Origin: an uncultured Gemmatimonadaceae bacterium
Lineage (GTDB): Bacteria > Gemmatimonadota > Gemmatimonadetes > Gemmatimonadales > Gemmatimonadaceae
DNA length: 64,000 nucleotides
Direction of reading: 5' to 3'
NCBI GenBank assembly: GCA_963790305.1
Contig: CAWBOC010000006.1
Span: 128,001 to 192,000, forward strand
Shown: positions 39,268 to 49,812 of the stretch, in pieces
Numbering within the stretch: position 1 is the first letter of the stretch
Layout of the letters: every line of letters starts with the position of its first letter
Notes under the pieces: generated by a model
The model's database searches: none
Seen by the model: the letters and a program-made list of their open reading frames with translations, nothing else
Told to the model about the DNA's origin: nothing
Made by a program: the position numbers and the translations under genes

Positions 39268-40854
39268 GCGAGGCGCGCGTCCTCACGCGGCCACTCGGCG
39301 GGTCTTTGCTCGCCGAGCTGGCGGCCCGCGCCGACGGCGGCGCGTTTTACACGCGACGTCCGCAGGGCGCTCAGGAGTGGCGCGCATACATCGAGGGAGT
39401 CCGCCGCGAGACCCCGGCCCATTGGTTGACCGCTCTCGCGCCGGCCATCGAGGCCAAGGGGATCGCCGCGGACCGACTCCAGCGTGTTGCCCGGGAAGGC
39501 GGGGTCGTCGTGACCACGGGACAGCAGCCGGGCCTGTTCGGTGGTCCCATCTACACGTGGTCCAAGGCCGTCTCAGCCCTCGCGCTCGCCGACGCGCTGG
39601 AAGACGCGACCGGGATTCCCGCAGCGCCGCTCTTCTGGGGCGCGACCGACGATGCCGACTATGCCGAGGCGAGCGTCACCTGGGTGGCGACACGGTCGGG
39701 GTTGCGCGAGTTGCGCCTTCCGCCGGCTGCACGCGAGGGCGTGAGCATGGCCGACCAACCGCTCGGAGACGTCGCGGCACTCCTCAGCGAGCTTGCCGTC
39801 GCCGCGGGCTCGGTTGCCTATGACGAGCCACTCTCGGCCGCGCGAGAGGCGTACGCGCCGAGCCACGACGGTCGGTGGCGCCTACCTCGTTCTCTTGCGG
39901 CGGATGCTCGAGCCGCTCGGCATCCCCGTGCTCGATGCCTCGCACGCGTCGGTGAGAGAGGCGTCGCGGCCAATTCTGGCGCTCGCGCTCCGTGAGGCGG
40001 CCCGCCTCGATGCAGCGCTCGTGAAGCGAGAGGCGGCGATCCGTGCCGCAGGCCACGAACCGCAGGTAAGCCACGTGCCTGGACTGTCTCTCGTCTTCGA
40101 GTACGAGAAGGGGGTCAAGCAGCGCGTGCCGGTGAGCCGCGCGAGCGAGGTCAGTCGCCAGCGTGAGGCGGTGCTCGGTCCGAACGTGCTATTGCGACCG
40201 ATTCTGGAGCGGGCGCTGATGCCGACGGTCGCCTACATGGCCGGACCGGGCGAGCTTGCGTACTTCGCGCAGGCAGGCGCACTGGCGGAAGTGCTGGACA
40301 CGCCGACGCCGCTCGCTCTGCCGCGATGGTCCGGCCTCATCGTCGAGCCGTACGTCGATCGCATCCTCGAGCGGTACGGGCTCACGAGTGATGATCTTCG
40401 CGAGCGGCACGACGTCGTGAGACGGCTCGTGGTGAAGCGAATGCCGAGCGGAGTCATGAAGGCGCTCGCGGACATGCGAGAAGTGACGCATCGTGCCATC
40501 GATGCCCTTCGCGCCGCGCTCGCTGAGGACCGCCGCTCACTCGTCGACAAGCGAGTCGTCGATGGCGCGGAGGGACAGCTCATGCACCGCGTGAACCGAC
40601 TCGAGCGACGCGTGCTGGCGGCGGCCAAACGCCGCGAGGTGGAGATCGTCGAGCACGTGGACGCGGCGCACGCCGCAATCTACCCGTTGGACGAGCCGCA
40701 GGAGCGCGTGTTGAACTTCCTTCCCATGCTGGCCCGCGAAGGCCCAACATTGTTCGAGGCTATGCGGCGTGAAGCGCGCCTCCACGCGGACTCGCTGATC
40801 GAGGCACCGAACGCGATCGAGCCTGATCCGCGGGCGGCGCCGATCGCCACGTGA
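39264..40854 (+). CDS. bshC: Bacillithiol biosynthesis protein BshC (apparent frameshift near 39865)
   Basis: VTTGQQPGLFGGPIYT..KA, PNVLLRP, YMAGPGELAYFAQ, PQERVLN. Confidence 0.87.
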
Positions 40855-42446
40855 CGGAGGCGGCGTCTCCGCCACCGCCGCCAGCACCTCCGGCCAGCGC
40901 ACGGTTCGCCGTGCTGGTCGGCGTCGGGATCCTCTTCAGCCGTCTATTCGGCCTCGTCAGGCAGCGCGTGCTTGCGCACTATCTTGGCCTTTCGAGCTCG
41001 GCCGATGCCTTCAGCGCTGGCTTTCGGATCCCCAATCTCCTGCAGAATCTGTTTGGTGAGGGAGTCCTCTCGGCATCGTTCATTCCCGTGTACTCGCGCC
41101 TGCTCGCGCGTGGGGAGCACGAGGAGGCTCGCCGCCTTGCCGGAGCGGTATTCGCGTTCCTCTCTCTGATCGTCGCGGTCGTCGTGCTCGCTGGTGTGCT
41201 TGTCACGCCGTGGCTCATTGACGTGATCGCGCCGGGATTCGAGGGCGAGAAGCGCATGCTCACGATTCGCATCGTGCGCGTGCTGTTTCCGGGGATGGGG
41301 TTGCTCGCGCTCTCCGCATGGTGTCTCGGCGTTCTAAACAGTCACCGCCGCTTTTTCTTACCGTACGTCGCGCCGGTGGTATGGAACGTCGCCATCATCG
41401 CGTCGCTGTTTCTTTACGCCGGCAGAGTTGCCAATGCAGAGCTGGCGGTCGTGGCGGCCTGGGGGTCCGTTGTCGGGAGTGCGCTTCAGCTCCTCGTGCA
41501 GCTTCCGGTCGTCCTCACGCTCGTGCGCGGCATGCGTCCGAGCTTCGAGCGCGGGTCGCACATACGAACGGTCGGACGCAACTTCGTGCCCGCGTTTCTC
41601 GGACGTGGCGTCGTGCAGATCGGCGCGTACGTCGATACGCTCATCGCGAGTCTCCTGCCCACCGGTGCGGTGGCGGCGCTGATGAATGCCCAGATGCTCT
41701 ACACGCTTCCGGTGAGCCTGTTCGGCATGTCGATATCGGCGGCGGAGCTGCCGGAGATGGCGAGCGACGTGGCGCGCGACGATGCGGTCGGCCATCGACT
41801 CGGCACCCGGCTGCAGACGGGGCTGCGCCGCATTGCGTTCTTTATCGTGCCGTCGGCCGCCGTGTTCCTCGCCCTGGGCGATGTCGTCGCGGCCGCACTG
41901 TTCGAGACGGGTGAATTCTCACGCGAGGACTCGCGGTTCGTGTGGGCATTACTCGCCGGTTCGGCGGTGGGGCTGCTCGCGTCCACGAGCGGCCGCCTCT
42001 ATTCATCCGCGTTCTATGCGCTGCATGACACGCGTACACCGCTTCGGTTCGCGGCCGTCCGCGTGACGTTCGGCGTCGTGCTGGCGGCAGCGCTGGCGCT
42101 GTTCGGACCCGGGTTGCTCGGACTCGCTCCTCGATGGGGCGCAGCGGGAATTACCGTGGCCTCTGGAATCGCGGCCTGGCTCGAGCTCGTGCTCCTTCGC
42201 TCCGCGCTCCGCGCTCGCCTTGGAGTCGACGAGCGGCTGACCGGCGTCGTCCTGAAGCTGTGGGCTTGTGCAGCCGTCGCGGCCGTAGCGGCATGGGGAG
42301 CAAAGATTCTGGTGAGCGATGCGCACCCGTGGGTGACAGCGGCCATCGTGCTCGGAACCTTCGGTGTGGTGTACTTGGCAATGACCGCCGCTGCCGGTAT
42401 CGAGCAGGCGCGGGCAGTGCTCGCCCGTGCGGTGCGCAGGCGGTAG
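40851..42446 (+). CDS. murJ: Lipid II flippase MurJ
   Basis: SRLFGLVR, FRIPNLLQNLFGEG.LSASFIP, FYALHDTRTP; many TM helices. Confidence 0.95.
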   Translation: MTEAASPPPPPAPPASARFAVLVGVGILFSRLFGLVRQRVLAHYLGLSSSADAFSAGFRIPNLLQNLFGEGVLSASFIPVYSRLLARGEHEEARRLAGAVFAFLSLIVAVVVLAGVLVTPWLIDVIAPGFEGEKRMLTIRIVRVLFPGMGLLALSAWCLGVLNSHRRFFLPYVAPVVWNVAIIASLFLYAGRVANAELAVVAAWGSVVGSALQLLVQLPVVLTLVRGMRPSFERGSHIRTVGRNFVPAFLGRGVVQIGAYVDTLIASLLPTGAVAALMNAQMLYTLPVSLFGMSISAAELPEMASDVARDDAVGHRLGTRLQTGLRRIAFFIVPSAAVFLALGDVVAAALFETGEFSREDSRFVWALLAGSAVGLLASTSGRLYSSAFYALHDTRTPLRFAAVRVTFGVVLAAALALFGPGLLGLAPRWGAAGITVASGIAAWLELVLLRSALRARLGVDERLTGVVLKLWACAAVAAVAAWGAKILVSDAHPWVTAAIVLGTFGVVYLAMTAAAGIEQARAVLARAVRRR

Positions 42447-42489
42447 GGGTCGCCGCGGGCGTTATATTTCGTGAGGCGTCCGCATCGAC

Positions 42490-44409
42490 GTGACGCGGAC
42501 CAGGCCGGCCATTGTCATGAGCGCCCACGAGCAGATCGCACGTAAAATCGCCCACCTCCCCGAATCGCCCGGCGTCTATCTCTGGAAAGACGGCGAGGGG
42601 GCCGTGTTGTACGTGGGCAAGGCGAAACGCCTGCGCTCGCGCGTGCGCTCGTACCTCGGCGCCGATGCCGGTGACAGTCTCAAGACCGCGGCGCTCGTCA
42701 GGCAGCTTGCCGACGTCGACACGATTGTCGTGCCGAGCGAAGCGCATGCGTTGATTCTCGAGGCAAACCTGATCAAGGAGTACAAGCCCCGGTTCAACAT
42801 CACGCTGCGGGACGACAAGTCGTATCCATATATCAAGGTGACGGTGCCGGAGCCGTTTCCACGCGTGTTCGTCACGCGCCGCGTCGTCAATGACGGCGCC
42901 CGCTACTTCGGCCCATACACCGATGTCGGCGCAATGCGTCGCGCGCTCAACGTCGTCAAGCGCATCTTTACCGTTCGATCGTGCAACTACGATATGCCGG
43001 CAGAGATGCCCGAGCGGCCCTGTCTCGACTACTTCATCAAGCGATGCAAGGCGCCGTGCGTCCACCTGCAGACCCAGGAGGACTATGCGAGCATGATCGA
43101 TGAAGTGGTCCTGTTCCTCGAAGGCCGCTCCGATGAAGTCACGCGACGGGTCCGCGAGCGCATGGACGATGCGTCGGCCCGGCTGGACTTCGAGCGTGCG
43201 GCGGAGCTTCGAGACGTGCTCGTGCACCTCGAGAACATGGAGGAGCCGAAGATCGTCCTGCGCGTCGACGGTGGCGATCGAGACGTCCTCGGCTTCGCGC
43301 GCGACGGAGAGGACGCCTGCGTGGCAATTCTGCGCATTCGCGACGGCAAGCTGCTCGCCCGCGATCACACCTTCGTGGAGCGGATCGAGGGCGAACCTGA
43401 TGCGGCGGTGATGACGGCGTATCTCGCCGGCAGCTACCTCTCCTCGCGCGAGCGGGCGCCTGAGCTTCTGCTGCCGTTCGACGTCGAGGATCGTGAGCTG
43501 CTCGAGGAATCGCTCACCGGAACCACCATTCACATTCCGCAGCGCGGGCCGCGGCGCGAGCTCGTTGGGTTGGCGGAGCAGAACGCGCGTCATCTTCTCG
43601 AGGAGCTCAAGCTTACTGCGCTCGAAACGGAGGAGCGGGCGTCGAGCCCCGTGTACGACCTCGGGCGTGAGCTTGGCCTCGAGCGACTGCCACGGTCGCT
43701 GGTGTGCTTCGACATATCCACCGCCCAGGGGACAGATACCGTCGGTTCAATGGTGTGGTTCGATAATGGCCGTCCGCGGCGCGCCGAGTATCGCAAGTTC
43801 CGCGTGAAGACCGTGGAAGGGACGGACGACTTCGCGTCGATACGGGAGGTCGTGACGCGCTACTTCCAGCGTCGGCTCGAGGAGAAAAAGAGCCTACCCG
43901 ATCTGGTGGTGATCGACGGGGGGAAGGGACAGCTCGCCGCGGCGCGGGTCGCACTCGACACGCTCAGCCTCACCGCACTGCCGACCATCAGTCTCGCCAA
44001 GCGCGACGAGGAGGTGTTTCTCGTCGGAAAGAGCGAGCCGCTTCGCCTGGCACGAAGGTCCCCCGCGCTGCGGCTCCTGCAACAGGCGCGCGACGAGGCA
44101 CACCGCTTCGCCGTGACCTACAACCGGAAGCGCCGCGCCATGCGCACGGTCACCTCCGAGCTGCTCCGCATTCCTGGCGTCGGTCCTTCCAAGCGGAGCG
44201 CGTTGTTGCGTGCCTTCGGGAGCGTGCAGGGCGTGCGCGATGCCAGCATCGAGCAGATCGCCGGATTACCGGGGTTCTCTCCCAAGGCGGCGCAGAAGAT
44301 TCTCGAAGCGCTCCAGGGCGCGTCGCCGTTCGCCGATGGGCCCGAGGAACCGGGAGCGCCGCCCACTCCCGCGGAGGGGGCCGTCAACAGCTCAGATCCG
44401 GCCGCGTGA
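42490..44409 (+). CDS. uvrC: Excinuclease ABC subunit C
   Basis: PGVY...YVGKA (GIY-YIG), DDKSYPY, CFDIS, PDLVVIDGGKGQL, RDEAHRFA, HhH. Confidence 0.97.
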   Translation: MTRTRPAIVMSAHEQIARKIAHLPESPGVYLWKDGEGAVLYVGKAKRLRSRVRSYLGADAGDSLKTAALVRQLADVDTIVVPSEAHALILEANLIKEYKPRFNITLRDDKSYPYIKVTVPEPFPRVFVTRRVVNDGARYFGPYTDVGAMRRALNVVKRIFTVRSCNYDMPAEMPERPCLDYFIKRCKAPCVHLQTQEDYASMIDEVVLFLEGRSDEVTRRVRERMDDASARLDFERAAELRDVLVHLENMEEPKIVLRVDGGDRDVLGFARDGEDACVAILRIRDGKLLARDHTFVERIEGEPDAAVMTAYLAGSYLSSRERAPELLLPFDVEDRELLEESLTGTTIHIPQRGPRRELVGLAEQNARHLLEELKLTALETEERASSPVYDLGRELGLERLPRSLVCFDISTAQGTDTVGSMVWFDNGRPRRAEYRKFRVKTVEGTDDFASIREVVTRYFQRRLEEKKSLPDLVVIDGGKGQLAAARVALDTLSLTALPTISLAKRDEEVFLVGKSEPLRLARRSPALRLLQQARDEAHRFAVTYNRKRRAMRTVTSELLRIPGVGPSKRSALLRAFGSVQGVRDASIEQIAGLPGFSPKAAQKILEALQGASPFADGPEEPGAPPTPAEGAVNSSDPAA

Positions 44410-45552
44410 CGCACTGGTCACTCGAATGCTCCTCGTGCGCGGCGACGGCGCCAGGGGATACGATCGCGCAGCTCTGTCCGCAGTGCGCGCAGCCCTACCT
44501 CGTCCGATACGCGCATCTGCCCGACGGTCCTGAGACGCTTCTCAACCGATGGGACATGTGGCGCTATGCGGCGTGGATGCCGCTGGCGCCTGACGAGTCG
44601 CCGATCACCCTGGGTGAGGGAGCGACGCCGCTCATTCCGGTCGACACGATGGCACGCGCGCTGGGAGTGCGCACGTTCTGGATCAAGGAGGAAGGACTCA
44701 ATCCTACCGGGTCGTTCAAAGCGCGCGGCATGAGCGCGGCCGTCACCCGTGCCAAGGCGCTGGCTGTTCCAGGCGTCGTGGTACCAACCGCGGGGAACGC
44801 GGGTGCCGCGCTCGCGGCCTATGGTGCGGCAGCCGGGCTCCCGGTGCGCGTGTACGCGCCCGCCGAAACACCGGTGCCGATTCTCAACACCATTCGGGCA
44901 TTTGGTGCCGAGCTGATCACGGTGAGCGGGCACATAGGGGACGCGGGGAAGGCCGCGCGCGAATTCGCCGCGCAACACGGATGGTTCGACGCCTCGACCC
45001 TCCGTGAGCCGTACCGCATCGAGGGGAAGAAAACCATGGGCCTCGAGATAGTCGAGCAGCTGGGCTGGCGATTTCCCGAATGCGATCATCTATCCCACGG
45101 GCGGCGGCACCGGCCTCATCGGTATGTGGAAGGCTTTCCAGGAGCTCGTGTCCGCCGGCTGGATCGAGGAGGGCTTGCGACTGCCGCGAATGATTTCCGC
45201 GCAGGCGGCCGGGTGCGCTCCGATCGTGCGCGCTTTCCATGCGGGGACCGAGCGCGCGGCGCCGTGGCCAGACCCGCAAACGCACGCCAGCGGACTGCGC
45301 GTTCCGGCCCCACTGGGAGACCGCCTCATCCTGACCGCGTTGCGCGACAGCGGCGGGGACGCCGAGGCCGCGGAGGAAGACGAGATCCGCGCGGCGACGC
45401 TGGAGATCACGCAGCGCACGGGCATCGACGCGAGCCCTGAAGGGGGCTGCGCCTTGGCGGTATGCCGCAGGTTGCTTGAGGCCGGTCGACTCAACACGGA
45501 TGCGGAAATCGTCCTGTTCAACACGGGGGCTGGCGCGTCGTATCGAACCTGA
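44406..45552 (+). CDS. thrC: Threonine synthase (apparent frameshift near 45080)
   Basis: LGEGATPL, NPTGSFKARG, AGNAG, EPYRIEGKKT, PTGGGTG, FNTG. Confidence 0.85.
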
Positions 45553-45585
45553 CGTGACGCGTGCCGGCGAGTATCTTTCGGCGCC

Positions 45586-46794
45586 ATGACGATCGCCATC
45601 CTGGAGCCGTTCAGCGGCATTGCCGGCGACATGACGCTGGGCGCGCTCGTCGACGTCGGGCTCGATCAAGCCTGGCTCCGCTCACTCCCTGGCCGCCTCG
45701 GCCTCGAGGGCGTGGGAGTGCGCATCGCGCGCGTGCGCCGGGCGGGGATCGACTGCGCGAAGGTGGAGTTCGACATTCCGCCGCAACCGCACGGGCGACA
45801 CCTTCACCAGATCCGCGACATCGTGCAGCGCAGCGACGCTCCGGATGACGTGAAGCGTACCGCGGACGAGGCTTTCACGGCCATCGCGACGGTGGAGGCG
45901 AGCATTCATGGCGTTCCCGTGGAGCGCGTCCACCTGCACGAGGTGGGGGCGGTCGACGCCATTCTCAATGTCGTCGGGTCGATCTGGGGCTTCCGCCTCC
46001 TCGGCGTCAGCGAGATCTTCTGCACCGCGATCTCGACGGGAGATGGAACGGTGAAGGCTGCGCACGGCACCCTCCCGGTGCCCGCGCCCGCGACACTGCG
46101 ACTGCTCGAAGGGCTTCGCATTCGTAGTGGACCGGACGGCTCGGGCGAGCTGGTGACCCCGACGGGCGCCGCACTGGTGAGGGTGCTTTCGCGTGGGGAG
46201 CCACCGCCATCCTACGTCGTTCTTCGCAGCGGGTACGGTGCGGGCACCAAGGACTTTCCCGATCGGCCGAATGCCTTGCGAGTAATCCTGGCGGATGTCG
46301 CGTCGGCGACGGGCGATCGCGTGGAGGAGCTCGTCCTGCTCGCCGCGGATGTCGACGATATGGAGCCAGAGTACCTTGCCGGTGCGGCCGAGACATTGCG
46401 GACGGCTGGTGCGCTCGATGTCGTCCTGTTTCCGTCCGTGATGAAGAAGGGCCGCCCCGGTGCGCGGATCGAGGTCCTTGCACGCCTGGGCGAGGCGGAT
46501 GCACTGGAGCGCGCGCTGTTTGCGGAGACGACGACGATTGGAGTACGACGCGCACGCGTCCAGCGCCACGCTCTGTCACGCGAAACGCGCTCGGTGGATG
46601 TGCGAGGGCACACGGTTCGGATGAAGATTGTCGCCATGCCCGACGGCGCGCGTCGCGTAAAGCCAGAATACGACGACGTCGCGCGGCTGGCTGAGGTGAC
46701 CGGGATCACCTTGCGCGAAGCGGTAATCGCGGCGCGCGAGGCAGCGGAACGGGTAGCAGCGGATCGGGTATTCCACGGTGCGGGCGCCTCCTAG
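45586..46794 (+). CDS. larC: Nickel pincer cofactor biosynthesis protein LarC family
   Basis: GIAGDMTLGAL, HLHEVGAVD, PVPAPAT, ELVTPTGAA, MKKGRPG, ETTTIGVR, KPEYDD. Confidence 0.92.
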   Translation: MTIAILEPFSGIAGDMTLGALVDVGLDQAWLRSLPGRLGLEGVGVRIARVRRAGIDCAKVEFDIPPQPHGRHLHQIRDIVQRSDAPDDVKRTADEAFTAIATVEASIHGVPVERVHLHEVGAVDAILNVVGSIWGFRLLGVSEIFCTAISTGDGTVKAAHGTLPVPAPATLRLLEGLRIRSGPDGSGELVTPTGAALVRVLSRGEPPPSYVVLRSGYGAGTKDFPDRPNALRVILADVASATGDRVEELVLLAADVDDMEPEYLAGAAETLRTAGALDVVLFPSVMKKGRPGARIEVLARLGEADALERALFAETTTIGVRRARVQRHALSRETRSVDVRGHTVRMKIVAMPDGARRVKPEYDDVARLAEVTGITLREAVIAAREAAERVAADRVFHGAGAS

Positions 46795-46831
46795 CGCCCG
46801 CGTTTGGCGTTCATCAATGAGGAGATCCGAG

Positions 46832-48353
46832 ATGATCGTGAGGCTCACAGCGGCATCCCTGGCCATGCTCGCCACGCTCGCGCTCGGGGGACAGGCGAGC
46901 GCTCAGGCGGCCGCAGCGGAGTGCAAGATCGACACAGACAAGCCGGGACAGCTCAAGACGGCGAAGAACGCCTTGGCACGTGCGATCGCGGGCATCGGCG
47001 ACCCCGCCAAGTCGGCGTCCGAGGCCATTAAGGAGCTGGACAAGAACGGCGCGAAGATTCGTGGCCAGAATGAAGTTGGCTATAACATGATTCTGGGCCA
47101 GACCTATGCCTGGTTCCTCGCTCGGCAAGGGCAGCCGGCCGTCGTCCGGCGTGCCGACATTGGCTACACGACGGAGCCCGAGGCAACCGTCGACCTGCTG
47201 ACCGCGGCCGACGCCGCATTCGACGCCGTGGAGCGCGCCGCGCCGGGATGTGCCGTCGAGCTGAACGACTACCGCCGTCCAGCCTGGGCGCCGCTCGTCA
47301 ATGCGGCGGCCGAGCTCATCAACAACGACCAGGTCGACAGCGCCGAGAAGCTGATCAAGCGCGCGGATGTGATTTACCAGGGCTCGCCTCACACCGCGTA
47401 CTTCTCCGCGATCATTGCCCAGAAGCGCAACGATCTCCCGGCGGCGATCGCCGCCAACAAGCGAACGCTGGACATGATCACCGCCGAGCAGGCGGCCAAG
47501 GACGAAGGCGCTGCGCAGATTCGCAATCAGGTGATGTACAACTACGCCGTGCTCCTGGCGACGCAGGCGGACATCCAGTCGGGCGACCAGCAGAAGGCGA
47601 CGGCGAAGGAAGCCGCGGCCGCCTACAAGACATTCATCGAAGCCTATCCGAGCGACGAGCAGAAGACGAGCGCGCAGGCGGGGATGGGGCGGATGCTCGC
47701 CGTGCTCGGGGATACCGCCGCGGTTGCCAGCGTTTTCGCGGAGATGGTCACCGACCCATCGAAGTACACGGACTCGCAGCTCCTCGAGGGTGGCACGAAC
47801 GCCTTCAACTCGCGCCGGTACGATGACGCGGCCAAGCTCTTCGACGCGGTGTTGCAGCGTAACCCGTACTACCGCGACGCGCTGTTCAACCTCGCGAACA
47901 CGTACTGGTCCAAGAACGACTGGACCAAGATGATGCCCGTGGCGCAACGCCTGGCGCAGGTGGATCCGCACAATGAGGATGCCTGGCAGCTGCTGGCGAT
48001 CGCGTACAAGGGCCGCGGCGACGTCGCGAAGGCGGCGAAGAATCTGGCGCTCGAGCGGGCAATGTACGACACGGCAGTGAAGCACGTCGAGCGCAAGAAC
48101 GCACTCACCTCTCACGTGGCGTTCTCTCAGTTCTCCCACGACGGGCCCAAGCACACGCTTCGCGGAACAGTAGAGAACACCTCGGCCAAGCCGGCAACGC
48201 TATACCGTTCGATTCGAGTTCCTGGACAAGGAAGGGAAGGCCGTCGCGGCCAAGGAGGTCACCGTCGGGCCGGTGGAGGCAAAGAGTAAGGCGCCCTTCG
48301 TGGTCGAAGTGAGTCAGGCGGGGATCGTGGCGTTCAGATACGCGCCATTTTGA
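46832..48353 (+). CDS. Exported TPR protein with C-terminal FxLYD-like Ig domain (apparent frameshift near 48200)
   Basis: SD AGGAG; signal peptide ASA|Q; TPR-like helices; GTVEN...FEFLDKEG in the shifted frame, stop at 48351-48353. Confidence 0.8.
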
Positions 48354-48387
48354 CGTGAGATGCGGTGGGCTAACAGCGCTCCGCCGA

Positions 48388-48416
48388 TTGCTTTCGGTTC
48401 TGTGATCTCCTAAGTT
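48388..48416 (+). promoter_or_regulatory. Putative promoter of the DUF512-der-plsY-gpsA operon
   Basis: TTGCTT-17 bp-TAAGTT. Confidence 0.55.
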
Positions 48417-48498
48417 CCTTTACCTGTTTGTCCCGTTCGTTGTGCCGGGGAAGGCCACGCTCGCGCCGGCCTTCCCCGGTTGTGCTCTTAGGAGATCA

Positions 48499-49812
48499 AT
48501 GGTTCGCGTCAGTCGCATTCACCCAGGAAGTATCGCCGACGAGATCGGGCTGCAGCCTGGTACCGAGCTGCTCACGATCAACGGCCGGGATCTCAACGAC
48601 TTCCTCGACTGGGAATTCCTCGGCGCCGACGAGGAATTGGTGATCGACGCTCGGCTCCCAAACGGGGAACCCGTCATCTACGAGATCGAGCGAGCAGAAG
48701 GGGCGCCCATGGGGGTCGAGCTCGAGCCCCCCAGCGTCCGCCGGTGCGCGAACCGCTGCGAGTTCTGCTTCGTCGAGGGATTGCCGGCAGGGCTCCGGCG
48801 GAATCTCTACATTCGAGACGACGACTACCGACTGTCGTTCGCCTACGGAAACTTCGCGACGCTCTCGAATCTGCGCGAGCGCGATGTCGCGCGCATTCTC
48901 GAGTATCGGTTGTCCCCTCTGTACGTGTCGGTCCATGCAACGAACTGGGACGCAAGGCGGACGCTGCTCAATAATCCGCGTGTACCCGATGTGCTCGCCC
49001 AGCTTCGCACGCTCGCGGCGGGTGGGATCCAATTTCATGCTCAGATGGTCGTCGTGCCTGGCCTCAACGACGGCGACGTCCTCGAGGAATCGTTGCGCGA
49101 TCTCTGGAGCTTCGGTGAGGCGTGTCTTTCCGCGGCAATCGTTCCCGTAGGGCTCACACAGTTTTCGCACTTGTACACGGGTCGCACGATGGATCAGGCG
49201 ACCGCGGCGGTCCTCGTGGACACCGCCGAGCGGTGGGGTGCGCGAGCGTTGCGAGAGCGAGGCGCTGCCTGGGTATTCGGATCGGATGAGCTGTACATCC
49301 TCGCCCAACGGCCGCTACCGGCCCCAACGCACTACGGCGAATTCGCCCAGATCGAGAATGGCGTTGGCGCGGTAACCAGGCTGCTGCAGACGGTGCGCGA
49401 AGGTGCTGAAACGCTCCCTCGGCTCGAGGGGAGGCGCATCGGCGTCGTCACGGGGACATCCCTCGGGACCACCTACATGCCGGAGATCCTCGCGCAGCTT
49501 CGCGCGGCGACTGGAGCCCACTTCGAGCTCATCATCGTCGAGAACTCGCTCTTCGGACCCACGACCACCGTCGCCGGGCTGTTGCCCGGGGCGGACATTC
49601 GCCGCACGCTCGCCGGACGCGCTGACCTGGACCTCGCGCTGATTCCCGCCGAATCCATCAACGAGGACGGATTCTTTCTCGACGACGCGCCGTTGGCGGG
49701 CGTGCGCGCGGACGTTCCAGTCCCACTCTACCCGTCGTACGACTTCCTCGATGTCTTGTCGGACGTGGGGGACCTGGTGCGAGCAGCTCCCTCGACGGTG
49801 GATGCGGAATGA
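48499..49812 (+). CDS. DUF512 / PDZ-containing putative radical SAM Fe-S protein
   Basis: CANRCEFCF, DDDYRLSF, SPLYVSVH, QIENGVG; upstream of der. Confidence 0.9.
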   Translation: MVRVSRIHPGSIADEIGLQPGTELLTINGRDLNDFLDWEFLGADEELVIDARLPNGEPVIYEIERAEGAPMGVELEPPSVRRCANRCEFCFVEGLPAGLRRNLYIRDDDYRLSFAYGNFATLSNLRERDVARILEYRLSPLYVSVHATNWDARRTLLNNPRVPDVLAQLRTLAAGGIQFHAQMVVVPGLNDGDVLEESLRDLWSFGEACLSAAIVPVGLTQFSHLYTGRTMDQATAAVLVDTAERWGARALRERGAAWVFGSDELYILAQRPLPAPTHYGEFAQIENGVGAVTRLLQTVREGAETLPRLEGRRIGVVTGTSLGTTYMPEILAQLRAATGAHFELIIVENSLFGPTTTVAGLLPGADIRRTLAGRADLDLALIPAESINEDGFFLDDAPLAGVRADVPVPLYPSYDFLDVLSDVGDLVRAAPSTVDAE

